Source of the DNA: Myxococcota bacterium
GTDB lineage: Bacteria; Myxococcota; XYA12-FULL-58-9; JALHOP01
NCBI GenBank assembly: GCA_022842935.1
Contig: JALHOP010000010.1
Coordinates: 106,144 to 170,143, forward strand
Reading direction: 5' to 3'
Length of the DNA stretch: 64,000 nt
Part shown: positions 19,668 to 30,296 of the stretch, in pieces
Layout of the letters: the number at the start of each line of letters is the position of its first letter
Position numbering within the stretch: position 1 is the stretch's first letter
Made by a program: the position numbers and the translations under genes
Notes under the pieces: generated by a model
Told to the model about the DNA's origin: nothing
The model's database searches: none
What the model saw: the letters and a program-made list of their open reading frames with translations, nothing else

Positions 19668-20494
19668 CACGAGGCACGCACCCCTTTCTTCTCGAGCGCC
19701 CGCACCGCCGCCTCGACGTCTTGCTCGCGCTTCAAGAGAACACCCAGGAACGGCAGCTCCTTTTCGATCGACTCGGCGCTCATACCGCCAGCGCGCAAGG
19801 CAGCGATCCAATCGATGAGCTCACTCGTCGATGGACGCTTACGAATATCCGACTGCTTGCGTAGCCAGTAGAAGCTCGCCATGGCCTGCGACAGGAGCTT
19901 CTCCTCGAGCTGCGGGTGATGAACCGCGACGATGTCGCGCATCAAGGACTCGTCCGGGAAAGCGATGTAGTGAAAGACGCAGCGTCGCAGGAAGGCGTCG
20001 GGCAGCTCCTTCTCGTTGTTGCTCGTGACGACGACGATTGGTCGGTGCTTGGCCGTGATGGTGGCGCCGGTCTCGTCGATGGTGAAGCTCATGCGGTCGA
20101 GCTCGTGCAAGAGATCATTCGGGAACTCGAGGTCGGCCTTGTCGATCTCATCGACCAAGAGCACCACGCGCTCGCTCGCGGCGAGTGCGCGGCCAAGGCT
20201 TCCGAGCTTGATGTACTTGCCGATGTCCCGAATATCGCGGTCGTTGAAGCGCGCGTCGTTGAGGCGCGCCACCGTGTCGTAAACGTACAAGCCATCGCGT
20301 GCCTTGGTGGTCGATTTGACGTTCCAGGCGATGAGCGGCAATCCCAACCCTTCCGCGATGGCGGACGCGAGCTGCGTTTTTCCCGTGCCGGGCTCCCCTT
20401 TGACGAGCAGTGGGCGGCCCAACGAGACCGCGACGTTAACGACGTCCCGCAACGCGGGGGATACCAGATAACCCTTGGTGCCCGAAAACTGCAT
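19667..20494 (-). CDS. MoxR-family AAA+ ATPase
   Basis: GEPGTGKT, LVDEIDKAD, FPNDLL and LPDAFLRRC. Confidence 0.92.
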   Translation of the reverse strand: MQFSGTKGYLVSPALRDVVNVAVSLGRPLLVKGEPGTGKTQLASAIAEGLGLPLIAWNVKSTTKARDGLYVYDTVARLNDARFNDRDIRDIGKYIKLGSLGRALAASERVVLLVDEIDKADLEFPNDLLHELDRMSFTIDETGATITAKHRPIVVVTSNNEKELPDAFLRRCVFHYIAFPDESLMRDIVAVHHPQLEEKLLSQAMASFYWLRKQSDIRKRPSTSELIDWIAALRAGGMSAESIEKELPFLGVLLKREQDVEAAVRALEKKGVRAS

Positions 20495-20597
20495 GCCGCT
20501 ACGGTCACACGCACACCACGAAATGGCAACGCACCAAACCCGCCTCGATCGCGCATGGCCGTTGACGGCCGCCCCATGGGCGAGGGAGACCGGAGCC

Positions 20598-21377
20598 GTG
20601 CGCCACGCTCTCATGCTCGCCCTTTCGACGACCATCGCTTGCGCGCCCGAGAAGCCTCCCGCGCTTTCCCTGACCGTGGGAAAGCTTCAGCTCGACTATC
20701 AGGCGCTCACGGACATCGTGAAACCGGTCGACGTAAACACCGATGACCCGGTCTACGGACGCTTCAAGCACTATCGCGCCTTTCCCTTGCTCCCCATCCT
20801 CGAGCGCGCCTTCGGCGACAGGGCTTCCCTAAAGGACCGCCAGCTCATCATCCACGCAACCGATGGCTACGCGGTCCCAGTGACCGGGGACATCCTCACC
20901 GAAGACGGTGCGTATCTCGCGTTCCGCGATCGCGAACATGCCGGTTGGGAGCCGATTGGGCCGCGCAAACAAGACCCCGGCCCCCTCTACCTCGTTTGGA
21001 CGGGTAGCGACCACCGCGACACCACGACCTACCCATGGCCCTACAACGTCGCGCGCATCGAGGTCGTCGAGTCGCTCGCCGTCCTCTACCCGCGCACCGT
21101 GCCCCGAGACGAGACCGCCAGGCGCGGCCACGAAATCTTCCTGCACAAGTGCGTGAAGTGCCACGCCGTGAACCGCCAGGGAGGAAGTGTGGGACCCGAG
21201 CTCAACGTGCCGATGAACGTGACCGAATATTGGACCGTCGATCAAATCAAGGCTTACGTGAAGAACCCGGCGACGTTTCGCTACGGCGCCATGCCGGCCA
21301 ACCCTGATCTCACGGACGTCGATCTGAACGCTTTAGCGTACTACCTCCTGGCGATGAAAGCGCAAAAACAAGAATGA
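20598..21377 (+). CDS. Cytochrome c lipoprotein with an N-terminal oxidoreductase-like domain
   Basis: Lipobox TIAC, ATDGY, PGPLYLVW, WPY, CVKCH heme motif and the MP axial ligand. Confidence 0.8.
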   Translation: MRHALMLALSTTIACAPEKPPALSLTVGKLQLDYQALTDIVKPVDVNTDDPVYGRFKHYRAFPLLPILERAFGDRASLKDRQLIIHATDGYAVPVTGDILTEDGAYLAFRDREHAGWEPIGPRKQDPGPLYLVWTGSDHRDTTTYPWPYNVARIEVVESLAVLYPRTVPRDETARRGHEIFLHKCVKCHAVNRQGGSVGPELNVPMNVTEYWTVDQIKAYVKNPATFRYGAMPANPDLTDVDLNALAYYLLAMKAQKQE

Positions 21378-22675
21378 TCCAGACATCCAAGCGGGCGCTA
21401 TGGTCGTGGGCGCTCTTCGATTGGGCGAACTCGCCCTACACCACGCTCATCATCACCTTCGTCTTCTCGACCTATTTCACCAAGGCGGTCGCCCAGGACG
21501 AAAGCCAGCTTTGGGGCACGACGCAGGTGATCTCATCGGTTCTCATCGTCGCGTTGAGCCCCATCTTCGGCGCCATCGCCGACGTCATGGGCAACCGCAA
21601 GCCGTGGCTCATGGCCTTCAACGCTCTCACCATCCTGGGCTCGGCGATGTTGTGGTTCGCCGTGCCCGACAAATCCGCCGTCGTGCCGGCGATGATCTGG
21701 GTCATCGTGTCGAACATCGGCTTCGAGTTCGGCTCGACCTTCAACAGCGCGATGTTGCCCGACCTCGTGCCCGACAATCGCATCGGCCGCTGGTCGGGTT
21801 GGGCCTGGGGGCTCGGCTACGCTGGCGGGCTCGTGGCGATGCTGCTTGCGCTCTTCGGCTTCGTACAGGCGGAGACGCCACTCTTCGGAATCAGTAAAGA
21901 AGCGGCCGCCAACGTGCGCGTCGTTGGTCCCATCTGCGCCATCTGGCTGGTGTTGTTCTCGTGGCCGCTCTTCGTATTCACGCCCGACAAGCCACGGACC
22001 GGCGTCTCCATCAGCACCGCGGTGCGTGGCGGCTTCGCCACGCTATTCAAGACGCTTCGAGAGGTCCGCAAGTACCAGAACGTCGCGCGCTTCATGCTGG
22101 CGCGTATGTTCTACAACGACGCCCTCACGACCATCTTCATCTTCGGCGGCACGTACGCCGCCATCCAGTTCGGCATGTCGTTCGACGAGGTCATCATCTT
22201 CGGCATCCTCCTGAACGTCACCGCGGGACTCGGCGCGGCAGGCTTTGCGTTCATCGACGACAAGCTGGGGTCGCGCACCACCATCATGATCTCGATCGTC
22301 GGACTCATCATCATGTCCGTTGCGGCGGTCATGGTCACCGACGCCAAGTTCTTCTGGGCGGCTGGCGCTTTGCTGGGCATCTTCGTGGGTCCGGCACAGG
22401 CAGCGAGCCGCACCATGCTCGCGCGGCTCGCCCCGCCAGCGCTCGCCACCGAGTTCTTCGGGTTGTTTGCTTTCACGGGCAAGGCGATCTCGTTTCTGGG
22501 ACCGCTAGTCTTCACCACCCTCACCCAAACCTTCCACAGCCAGCGGGCCGGCATGGTCGGCGTCGTTGTCTTCCTGGTCCTCGGCCTCCTGATGATGTTC
22601 ACCGTCAAAGAGGCCGCTGGACGGGGGGAAGAGACCTCACTTCCTAGTCAGGCGCCGCCCCCCCCTGCCCAGTGA
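21374..22675 (+). CDS. MFS transporter (UMF1/ATG22-like)
   Basis: WALFDWANS, 12 TM segments and EFFGLFA. ATGA overlap with the upstream gene. Confidence 0.9.
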   Translation: MIQTSKRALWSWALFDWANSPYTTLIITFVFSTYFTKAVAQDESQLWGTTQVISSVLIVALSPIFGAIADVMGNRKPWLMAFNALTILGSAMLWFAVPDKSAVVPAMIWVIVSNIGFEFGSTFNSAMLPDLVPDNRIGRWSGWAWGLGYAGGLVAMLLALFGFVQAETPLFGISKEAAANVRVVGPICAIWLVLFSWPLFVFTPDKPRTGVSISTAVRGGFATLFKTLREVRKYQNVARFMLARMFYNDALTTIFIFGGTYAAIQFGMSFDEVIIFGILLNVTAGLGAAGFAFIDDKLGSRTTIMISIVGLIIMSVAAVMVTDAKFFWAAGALLGIFVGPAQAASRTMLARLAPPALATEFFGLFAFTGKAISFLGPLVFTTLTQTFHSQRAGMVGVVVFLVLGLLMMFTVKEAAGRGEETSLPSQAPPPPAQ

Positions 22676-22692
22676 TTTCAATCACTTAGCGA

Positions 22693-22708
22693 TGGCACAA
22701 GGAGTGCT
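22693..22708 (+). promoter_or_regulatory. Sigma-54 promoter candidate with an upstream IHF-like site
   Basis: TGGCACAAGGAGTGCT (GG-N10-GC). TTTCAA-N4-TTA lies just upstream and the ATG is at 22721. Confidence 0.5.
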
Positions 22709-22720
22709 TGGTGGGTTCGT

Positions 22721-24469
22721 ATGGGCAGACCCACCACAGCCGCCCCATTGCTCTTTATGCTCTTTACGGCGTGCGGCGGCAGTGTCGCTGGCAACCCCGG
22801 CGGCGGCGTTCCGCCGAGTAGCGCGGAGCCCAAAACCGCGCGCCCGGTGCTCACCGGCGTCCTCGCAGGTAGCGCGGCCGGCATCCACTTCCGCACCCAA
22901 ATGCTCGAGGGTCTCACCGACGACGCGGGCACCTTCAGCTACTACGCTGGCGAGACCGTGAGCTTCCATCTCGGCGACATCGTGCTCGGCTCGGCGGCCG
23001 CGGCGCCCAAGCTCGACTTGTTCCAGATCGCAGGCGCCATCCCCCCCGCCAGCGAGGCGGCCCTGGTTGCGGCCGTGCTCGACACCGACACGGTGACTGG
23101 CTTTGACCGCGCCACCAACGCCGCGATGGTGCTCCTCGCCTTCGATCGTGACGACGACGCGACCAACGGAATCGAGCTGCGCGGCATTGACCTGCCCCTG
23201 ACCGGGAAGCGTCTCGAACTGAATCGCGAGCACAGTATCTTCCAGGCCGACCTCGCCGCTTACGCGCAGCGGGCCGCCATGACGTGGAACGCCGTCGAAC
23301 CCGCGGACGCGGTAGCCTACATCTATGCGTCACTCGACTTGCGCATCGCCGCGCACGCCCGTCGCGTCATCTTCCGCGACGACCATCCCGCGGACGCGGC
23401 CTACGACGTCACCACCACCGTCACCTACGACGAAGTTGGGCGGGTCGCGTCGAGCTCCGACGTCGTCACCGATCCAACGCTCCCCGACACCCAAACCGTC
23501 TACGTGCGCGACCGCCACGGGCGCGAGACGCGGCGTGAGACCATTAGCACTGTGAGCACCTCGCAAGGTCAGACGACCACGACGTCGGTCATTCTGACCA
23601 ACCGCGACGGGCGCGGACACGCGGTGCTCAGCAACGAGACGACGCTCGAGGGCGCTGCGCTGCGCTTTTCGCGCACAGACGAACGCGCGCTCGACATGCA
23701 AGGCCGTGTCACGTCGACCGAGACGCTCACCGACCGGAACGGAGATGCGACAGCCGACGAGCACCAGAGCCGCACCTACGACTACGACCGAGCCACCGTC
23801 CGCTATGACGAGACCTTTAGCAGCGACATGAGCGCAGGCTACCTCGCTACCTCGCTCTCTGAGTTCGGCGCGGATGGCCTCGTCGCCAAGCGCCGCGACA
23901 CCACCGACCAGGACGCAGATGGCGTCATCGAATTCGACTACGAAGCCGTCTACCAACGCGACGCCAGCGGCGCGCTCTCCGTCGCGACCGAGCGCTACCG
24001 CAGCGGGGTCGGCGGTCAAACCACGGGCGTCATCACGACGTATACGCGCGACGACGAAGGACGAAATACGCGCACATCTTCGACCTACGAAGGCTCGCCA
24101 CAGACGTCCGTTCAGGAGGTCTTCTACGACGCCGCCCGTCGATTCATCGGTTCCCTCGCTACGCAGGATCATGACGGCAACGGCATCGCGGACTACCACA
24201 GCATCGTCGAGGTCGAGCGCGACGCCGACGGCAACGTCGTGTCGCGCGAGAGTCGGTCGATGAGCTTGGTCGACGGCGCCATGCGACTATCGTTCCGCTC
24301 CCTTTTCACGCAAACGTTCGAGGGCGGCGTTCCCGTGAGTCAGTTCGTAGGCGAAGACTACAACGGCGACGGCGTGTTCGAGACCGAGCGAATGAGTCGC
24401 TTCGAGTACACGCTCATTGCAAACGGCGCGCGGCACATCGTGGCCAACGCAAGGCAGTGGATGGAGTGA
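22721..24469 (+). CDS. Lipoprotein with YD-like beta repeats and Dx[DN]x[DN] Ca-binding-like loops
   Basis: Lipobox FTAC. TYDEVGR, RDRHGR and RDDEGR repeats. DRNGDA, DQDADG, DHDGNG and DYNGDG loops. Confidence 0.7.
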   Translation: MGRPTTAAPLLFMLFTACGGSVAGNPGGGVPPSSAEPKTARPVLTGVLAGSAAGIHFRTQMLEGLTDDAGTFSYYAGETVSFHLGDIVLGSAAAAPKLDLFQIAGAIPPASEAALVAAVLDTDTVTGFDRATNAAMVLLAFDRDDDATNGIELRGIDLPLTGKRLELNREHSIFQADLAAYAQRAAMTWNAVEPADAVAYIYASLDLRIAAHARRVIFRDDHPADAAYDVTTTVTYDEVGRVASSSDVVTDPTLPDTQTVYVRDRHGRETRRETISTVSTSQGQTTTTSVILTNRDGRGHAVLSNETTLEGAALRFSRTDERALDMQGRVTSTETLTDRNGDATADEHQSRTYDYDRATVRYDETFSSDMSAGYLATSLSEFGADGLVAKRRDTTDQDADGVIEFDYEAVYQRDASGALSVATERYRSGVGGQTTGVITTYTRDDEGRNTRTSSTYEGSPQTSVQEVFYDAARRFIGSLATQDHDGNGIADYHSIVEVERDADGNVVSRESRSMSLVDGAMRLSFRSLFTQTFEGGVPVSQFVGEDYNGDGVFETERMSRFEYTLIANGARHIVANARQWME

Positions 24470-24524
24470 CCTACGGCGCTCATCGCTTGCGATGGGCGCC
24501 AAACACGACAGCGCTACGCGAGCG

Positions 24525-26666
24525 CTATGAGCGCCGCGAAAGCACGAAACACTGGTGAATTCGAGAGTTGCGCTCGAAATCCTTGGGGATGGTGCTCTTG
24601 GTGATGTCGCGCGCGACAAGCCCGTGAAAATCGAGTTCCGCCTCGGCGAGCTTGAAGCGACGGAAGTTGTTCGAGAACACGATCTGCCCGCCAGCATTCA
24701 ACAGCTTGGCACACCCCACCAAAAGCTCGACATGGTCGCGCTGGACGTCGAAGTCGCGCGCCCGATCCTTCGAGTTCGAGAAGGTTGGGGGGTCGACGAA
24801 GATGAGATCGAAGCGTTCACTGGTCTCGGTGACCCAGGACATGACGTCGTCTTGCACCAACCGATTGCTACGCTCCGAGAGCGAGTTCAAGCGGAAGTTC
24901 TTTTCAGCCCAGGCAAGATAGGTGCGGCTCGTGTCGACGCTGACGGTCGAGGTCGCGCCGCCGCGCGCGGCGTAGACGCTCACGGTGCAGGTATAGGCGA
25001 ACAGGTTGAGGAAGCTCTTGCCGCGCACCATATCGCCGATCATTTTTCGCGTGAGGCGATGGTCTAGAAACAGCCCCGTATCGAGGTAGTCCGACAAGTT
25101 CACGAAGAAACTGTGTCCGCCTTCGCGGATCGTCACGAGCTTTCCCTCGCTGTCCTGCCGCTCGTATTGCGCGTCACCCTTCTGCTGCTTGCGTACCTTC
25201 ACGAAGACGTCGTCTTCGGTGACACCAAGGGCGTCGGGCAGAGCGTGCAAAGCCTCACGCAAGCGACGCTGCGCCATGCGAGGGTCGACGGTCTTTGGGG
25301 GTGCGTACTCCTGGACGTGCACGAGCTTGCCGTAACGATCGACCGCCAACGCGTACTCGGGAATATCACCGTCGTAGAGGCGATAACATTCGATTCCAGC
25401 GCTTTTCGCCCACTTGCCGAGCTTGTCGAGGTTCTTCTTGAGGCGGTTCGCGAAAGCGGTCTCACCTTCGGAGATACGCGAGGTGCGTGGCGTTTCGGCC
25501 AGCGTGTAAACGAAGAGCCAACACGGGATCGAGCCGTTGAAGAAGCTGTAGCGCTTGTCAGCGCGCAGGCGCATGGCGCCCGCGATCTCGTCTTTGGCGG
25601 TGAGCGCCGCGGCCCGCCAACCCGGAAACTTGGTTTTGAGAACGTTGCCGAGCTCCTCGTAGAGGCTCGCCAAGGTGCGCCCCTCGTCATCGCCGAGACG
25701 AACACCGTAGGGAGGATTCACCACGACGAGGCCCGGGGGTAGCTCGTGCGCGAGCGTCGCCAAGGTGGCCCGCTCGATGCGGATGTGTTTGCCGAGCCCC
25801 GCCGCGTGCGCTCCTTGCGCCGCGAGCCTTGCGCTCCGCGGGTCAGGCTCGAAGCCGACGATAGGGGGAAGTTTGGGGACGCCTTCGGCGCGGCGTGCCT
25901 TCGCTTCCTCGACGAGACGCTTCCATGCGTCGGCTTCGTGACCGCGCCAGCGGACAAAGCCGAAGTATTCGCGCAAGAGGCCGGGGGCGACGTCGCCCAG
26001 CAGCATACCGCCTTCGATGAGCAGTGTGCCCGAGCCACACATCGGATCGACCAATGGCGCTTCGATGCTGGGGCTAGCTCGCAGCAGAACGGCCGCCGCG
26101 AGGTTCTCCTTGATGGGCGCGGGGACATTGCCATCGCGGTAGCCGCGTCGATGCAAGCTCTCGCCCGATAGATCGATACCGACGCTCGCCCGTCCAGCCT
26201 CGAGATAGACATTGACGCGCACATCCGGGCGCCCCACCTCGACGGAGGGTCGCATTCCGGTGTCGTCACGTAGGCGATCGACAACCGCGTCCTTCACCCG
26301 TTGCGCGCCGAATCGGGTATGCACCCCTTCGGCAGCGTGCGCCGTGAAGTCGACGGCCATGGTGCCACCCGAGTCGATATGATCGCTCCAGCGGATGCCG
26401 CGAACCCCTTCGTACAACGCGTCTGAAGAGTGAGCATCGACCTCGGCGATGCGCATGATGATGCGGCTCGCGAGGCGCGACCACAGACAAGCGCGGTAAG
26501 CGACGCCAAGTCCGCCACCGAAGGAGACCCCGGCGCGCGTCTGCTGCACGTTGGTCGCCCCGAGCGCGGTCAGCTCGTCGGCGAGGAGGGGCTCGAGGCC
26601 CTTGGCTGCCGTCGCGAAAAACACGGGTTTGTTCCCCTCATGGCGCCGAGAAGCGCCTTGTGACAC
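24525..26666 (-). CDS. rlmKL: Bifunctional 23S rRNA m2G2445/m7G2069 methyltransferase
   Basis: THUMP region, LHRRGYR, APIKENLAAA, DPMCGSGT and NPPYG. Second domain has YLDTGLFLDHR, LNLFAYT and DPPTFSNSK. Confidence 0.95.
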   Translation of the reverse strand: MSQGASRRHEGNKPVFFATAAKGLEPLLADELTALGATNVQQTRAGVSFGGGLGVAYRACLWSRLASRIIMRIAEVDAHSSDALYEGVRGIRWSDHIDSGGTMAVDFTAHAAEGVHTRFGAQRVKDAVVDRLRDDTGMRPSVEVGRPDVRVNVYLEAGRASVGIDLSGESLHRRGYRDGNVPAPIKENLAAAVLLRASPSIEAPLVDPMCGSGTLLIEGGMLLGDVAPGLLREYFGFVRWRGHEADAWKRLVEEAKARRAEGVPKLPPIVGFEPDPRSARLAAQGAHAAGLGKHIRIERATLATLAHELPPGLVVVNPPYGVRLGDDEGRTLASLYEELGNVLKTKFPGWRAAALTAKDEIAGAMRLRADKRYSFFNGSIPCWLFVYTLAETPRTSRISEGETAFANRLKKNLDKLGKWAKSAGIECYRLYDGDIPEYALAVDRYGKLVHVQEYAPPKTVDPRMAQRRLREALHALPDALGVTEDDVFVKVRKQQKGDAQYERQDSEGKLVTIREGGHSFFVNLSDYLDTGLFLDHRLTRKMIGDMVRGKSFLNLFAYTCTVSVYAARGGATSTVSVDTSRTYLAWAEKNFRLNSLSERSNRLVQDDVMSWVTETSERFDLIFVDPPTFSNSKDRARDFDVQRDHVELLVGCAKLLNAGGQIVFSNNFRRFKLAEAELDFHGLVARDITKSTIPKDFERNSRIHQCFVLSRRS

Positions 26667-26681
26667 ATTCTTTTGCCCCCC

Positions 26682-27335
26682 ATGAGCGTGACGAGCCGTC
26701 AGCCCCGAGTGGACACCCGCCTCCCCGTCGTCGAGACCGGAAGCGGCGGGGCCACGTACTACACGAAGAACCTCAGTATGGGAGGTCTCTTCTTACTCAC
26801 CGAGAAGCGATGGGCGGTCGGCAGTGAGGTGAACCTCACCATCACCTTCGGCCGAGCCCGCCTGCCTATCCTCGCCCGGGTGACGCACCTCCAGCGGGAT
26901 GGGGTCGGTATGTGCTTCACCGAGCCCAGCGACGCGGTACGTGAAGCGCTTCGCTTGCTCATCGCCTCGCAGATCCCCGTGAGCACGCCCTCGCGACTCG
27001 AGGCATCCTCGCGAGCCATTGGCGTTGGCGCCGGACCATCGGTCGTGCTTGCTTGGAGCGACGGCAAGCTCCGCCACGAGGCGACCGTTCGCGGCCTCAG
27101 CATGCAAGGCGGATTCTTCGAAACCCCCGATCGACCGGTGATCGGCTCGAGCATCATGGTCTACATCCCGTCCAAGATTGAAACCGAGGACGCTTCGATC
27201 GAACACGAGCTGCGGGGCTGCAGCGCCGAGGTCACGACGCACTCATTGGAGGGCTTCGACGCCCGCTTCACCGTGCCGAGCGCCGAGTTTCGTATGGCGC
27301 TCGAGCGACTCTTGCGAGAGCTGCCGACGGCGTGA
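26682..27335 (+). CDS. Tandem PilZ-domain protein
   Basis: RQPRV...NLSMGGLFL and a second repeat with GLSMQGGFF. Confidence 0.7.
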   Translation: MSVTSRQPRVDTRLPVVETGSGGATYYTKNLSMGGLFLLTEKRWAVGSEVNLTITFGRARLPILARVTHLQRDGVGMCFTEPSDAVREALRLLIASQIPVSTPSRLEASSRAIGVGAGPSVVLAWSDGKLRHEATVRGLSMQGGFFETPDRPVIGSSIMVYIPSKIETEDASIEHELRGCSAEVTTHSLEGFDARFTVPSAEFRMALERLLRELPTA

Positions 27336-28264
27336 GCAAGTCGTCCTCACCTGACCCCGAACCTCCACCCGCGGCTGACCTGCCCGACCACGCGAGGGCC
27401 AGGCGAGAGGGCGCCGCACGCCTGACTCTCGCCGTCGCCGCCCTCCTGTTTTCGACCGGCGGCGCCGCCATCAAGATGTCCGTGCTCTCTTCGTGGCAGG
27501 TCGCGTGTTTGCGCAGCGGCATCGCGACGCTAGTGCTCGTCGCTGTATGGCCCGTGGGCCGACGCGGCTGGACGCATCGCACGGTCCTCGTTGCCATAGC
27601 GTACGCGGCTTGCGTCGTGTCGTTCGTGTCGGCAACGAAGCTCACAACCGCAGCGAACGCCATCTACATCCAGTCGACGGCCCCCCTGTATATCTTGCTC
27701 ATGGCCCCCGCGTTTCTTGGGGAGCGCTTTGAACGCCGTGACCTGGGCATCGCCGTGCTCATCGGCATGGGCCTGTTGTGCTTCTTCGTGTCAGCGGACA
27801 AACCGCAAGCGAGCGCCCCCAACCCGCTTCTTGGTAACGGCTTAGCGATGATCTCGGGCGTCACCTACGCCGGCATGCTGGTGGGCTTTCGCTGGATGCA
27901 ACGCCCCGGGCGCGGTCAAAGCGATCCCGCGAGCGTCATCGTCGCGGGAAACCTCCTCGCTGCTCTCGTGTGTGCGCCGATGGCGTTTCCCTTGCCGGCG
28001 ATGCGCGGCGTCGACTGGTCAGTGGTCGGTTTTCTCGGGGTGGTCCAGATTGGCATCGCCTACGTCCTGGTGACACGCGGAGTGAAACACGTTCCCGCCT
28101 TCGAGGCCTCGCTCATCTTGCTGCTCGAGCCGACACTCAATCCGGTGTGGACGTGGTTAACCGTCGGCGAGGCGCCGACCGCCGCTGCGATTATTGGCGG
28201 AGTGCTCATCCTCACCGCGACGGTCGCCAAGAGCTGGAGCGCCGTTCTTCGCAAGCCTGCCTAG
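27332..28264 (+). CDS. DMT/EamA family transporter
   Basis: 10 TM segments, TTAANAI, FLGERF and LLEPTLNPVW. Confidence 0.88.
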   Translation: MSKSSSPDPEPPPAADLPDHARARREGAARLTLAVAALLFSTGGAAIKMSVLSSWQVACLRSGIATLVLVAVWPVGRRGWTHRTVLVAIAYAACVVSFVSATKLTTAANAIYIQSTAPLYILLMAPAFLGERFERRDLGIAVLIGMGLLCFFVSADKPQASAPNPLLGNGLAMISGVTYAGMLVGFRWMQRPGRGQSDPASVIVAGNLLAALVCAPMAFPLPAMRGVDWSVVGFLGVVQIGIAYVLVTRGVKHVPAFEASLILLLEPTLNPVWTWLTVGEAPTAAAIIGGVLILTATVAKSWSAVLRKPA

Positions 28265-28372
28265 CTGCCCGAGCTTGGCCATGAAACGCGCCGCGCGTCT
28301 GACGCGCCGATACGGTTGCGCCCACCGATCTGATCTTACGCAAGGCACCTGAAACTGCTAAGGAGCCGCGCC

Positions 28373-29341
28373 ATGGGCGCAATCAAAGACTTCATCAGGC
28401 ACAACTACCGGCACTTCAACGCGGCAGCAGTCGTCGACGCGGCTGAAGGTTGGGTGAAGCATCTCGAGGGTGGCGGCAAGATGCTGCTCACCATGGGCGG
28501 GGCCATGAGTACCGCCGAGATGGGCATTTCGATCGCCGAGCTCATCCGCAAAGACAAGGTGCATGCCATCTCGTGCACTGGCGCCAACCTCGAAGAAGAC
28601 ATTTTCAACCTGGTCGCCAACAAAGAATACCGCCGCGTCCCCCACTGGCGTGCGCTCTCGGCCGAAGATGAGCAAGAGCTGTATGACGGCGGCTACAACC
28701 GCGTCACCGACACCTGCATCCCCGAAGACGAAGCGATGCGTAAGGTCGAGAAGCCCCTCATCGAGCTTTGGCAGGAGTGCGACAGAAACAAAGAGCGCTT
28801 GTTCCCGTACGAGTTCTTCTATCGCTTGCTCAAGCGCGGGATGCTCAAGAGCGAATACCAAATCGATCCCAAAAATTCGTGGCTACTCGCCGCTGCGGAA
28901 AAGAACCTCCCGATCATCACCCCCGGCTGGGAAGACTCGACCTGCGCCAACTTTTTCGTGGCGCGCTACATCGAGAAGAAGTTCAGCTCGTTGCTCACCA
29001 TGAAGAGCGGCGTCGAACAGATGGAGTTCTTCTACCGCTGGTACATGGAGACCAACGCTTCGGCGTCGATTGGGTTCTTCCAGATCGGCGGCGGCATCTC
29101 CGGTGACTTCCCGATCTGCGTGGTCCCGATGATCCGCCAAGACTTGAAGCACGACGCCAAGTTGTGGGGCTACTTCTGCCAGATTAGCGAAGCCGCGACG
29201 TCCTACGGCAGCTACAGCGGAGCAACGCCCAACGAGAAGATCACCTGGGGCAAGCTTGCGGTGGACACGCCGAAATTCGTCATCGAGAGTGACGCCACCA
29301 TCGTCTTCCCGCTGATCGCCCAGTACCTGCTCGACGGCTAG
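28373..29341 (+). CDS. Deoxyhypusine synthase-like protein (probable homospermidine synthesis)
   Basis: GAMSTAE, TGANLEED, NRVTD, GGG, GSYSGA, EKITWGK (catalytic Lys) and SDATI. Confidence 0.9.
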   Translation: MGAIKDFIRHNYRHFNAAAVVDAAEGWVKHLEGGGKMLLTMGGAMSTAEMGISIAELIRKDKVHAISCTGANLEEDIFNLVANKEYRRVPHWRALSAEDEQELYDGGYNRVTDTCIPEDEAMRKVEKPLIELWQECDRNKERLFPYEFFYRLLKRGMLKSEYQIDPKNSWLLAAAEKNLPIITPGWEDSTCANFFVARYIEKKFSSLLTMKSGVEQMEFFYRWYMETNASASIGFFQIGGGISGDFPICVVPMIRQDLKHDAKLWGYFCQISEAATSYGSYSGATPNEKITWGKLAVDTPKFVIESDATIVFPLIAQYLLDG

Positions 29342-29345
29342 CGCC

Positions 29346-30296
29346 GTGCAACCGGCGCGGCCGTTCTTTGTGCTCACGGCCAATTGGTGCGCGGTCGCGC
29401 TCGTCTGCGCGGTCGCCTATGTTGTCTGCTATAGCATTCCGCTTGCAGAGATCACGGCGGACCCGGGTCTTGCCCGCTTCCACGTCATCGCTCGAAGCAT
29501 CGCCATGTTGCTGTTGACGCTGTCGACGCTGTCGGCGGTGCTGGCGGTGGTCGGTGTCATCGGCTGCCTAAGAGACCCTACGGTACCAGGGGGCTACGTC
29601 GTCTGGGTTGGGTTCGCCAGCATGGCGCCGTTCTTTGCCTACGTGGCCATTCACATGGTGACCTGGCCGCTCCACCGTCACGCCCTAGAGCGCGTCGCGT
29701 CCCGCGCCGCCAAAGTCATCACCGACATCGAACGATACACCGTCGAGCACGGTGCTCCGCCGGAGCGAATAGACGACACCGCGACCTCGCTCGCCGCCTA
29801 TCCAACGTTTTCCTACACGCGCTTCGCCCGCAGGGACGCCCGCCGCACGTTGTGGTGGTACGACATGGGGCCGCGTTACGGGCGCACAGGCACCTCGACG
29901 TGGCGGTATCCCGACGGCAACATCGCTCACGCGATCCTCGCCATCGAGCTCGACGGTGACGACCGCGTCGCATCCGCTCAGGGAGATCGAACGAGTCTCG
30001 ACATCAACACCGCGGTGTTCGACGACGACCAGTGGCGCGAGAAAACCGGCGCGAGGCAGGCCATGGTCGCCGCGGTCGTGCGCGCAATCGAACACGCGAG
30101 CGCCGCCGATGTGCGCGCGCTGCTCGGGGCGCCAGACGGAGAGCGCCTGCTGGTTGACGCTCCCTGGGAGCTATCGGTCCACACGTGGCCTGGCGGGCTC
30201 GACTTGTTCTTCTACTGGCCGACCAGACACTACCCGCCAGTGCTCGACAAACGGTCCGTGATAGCAGTTGGAGACTGGGCCTATGCACATGACTAA
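29346..30296 (+). CDS. Hypothetical membrane protein (about 3 TM plus a soluble domain)
   Basis: Fills the gap in a co-oriented run and has a hydrophobic N-terminal region. Confidence 0.6.
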   Translation: MQPARPFFVLTANWCAVALVCAVAYVVCYSIPLAEITADPGLARFHVIARSIAMLLLTLSTLSAVLAVVGVIGCLRDPTVPGGYVVWVGFASMAPFFAYVAIHMVTWPLHRHALERVASRAAKVITDIERYTVEHGAPPERIDDTATSLAAYPTFSYTRFARRDARRTLWWYDMGPRYGRTGTSTWRYPDGNIAHAILAIELDGDDRVASAQGDRTSLDINTAVFDDDQWREKTGARQAMVAAVVRAIEHASAADVRALLGAPDGERLLVDAPWELSVHTWPGGLDLFFYWPTRHYPPVLDKRSVIAVGDWAYAHD

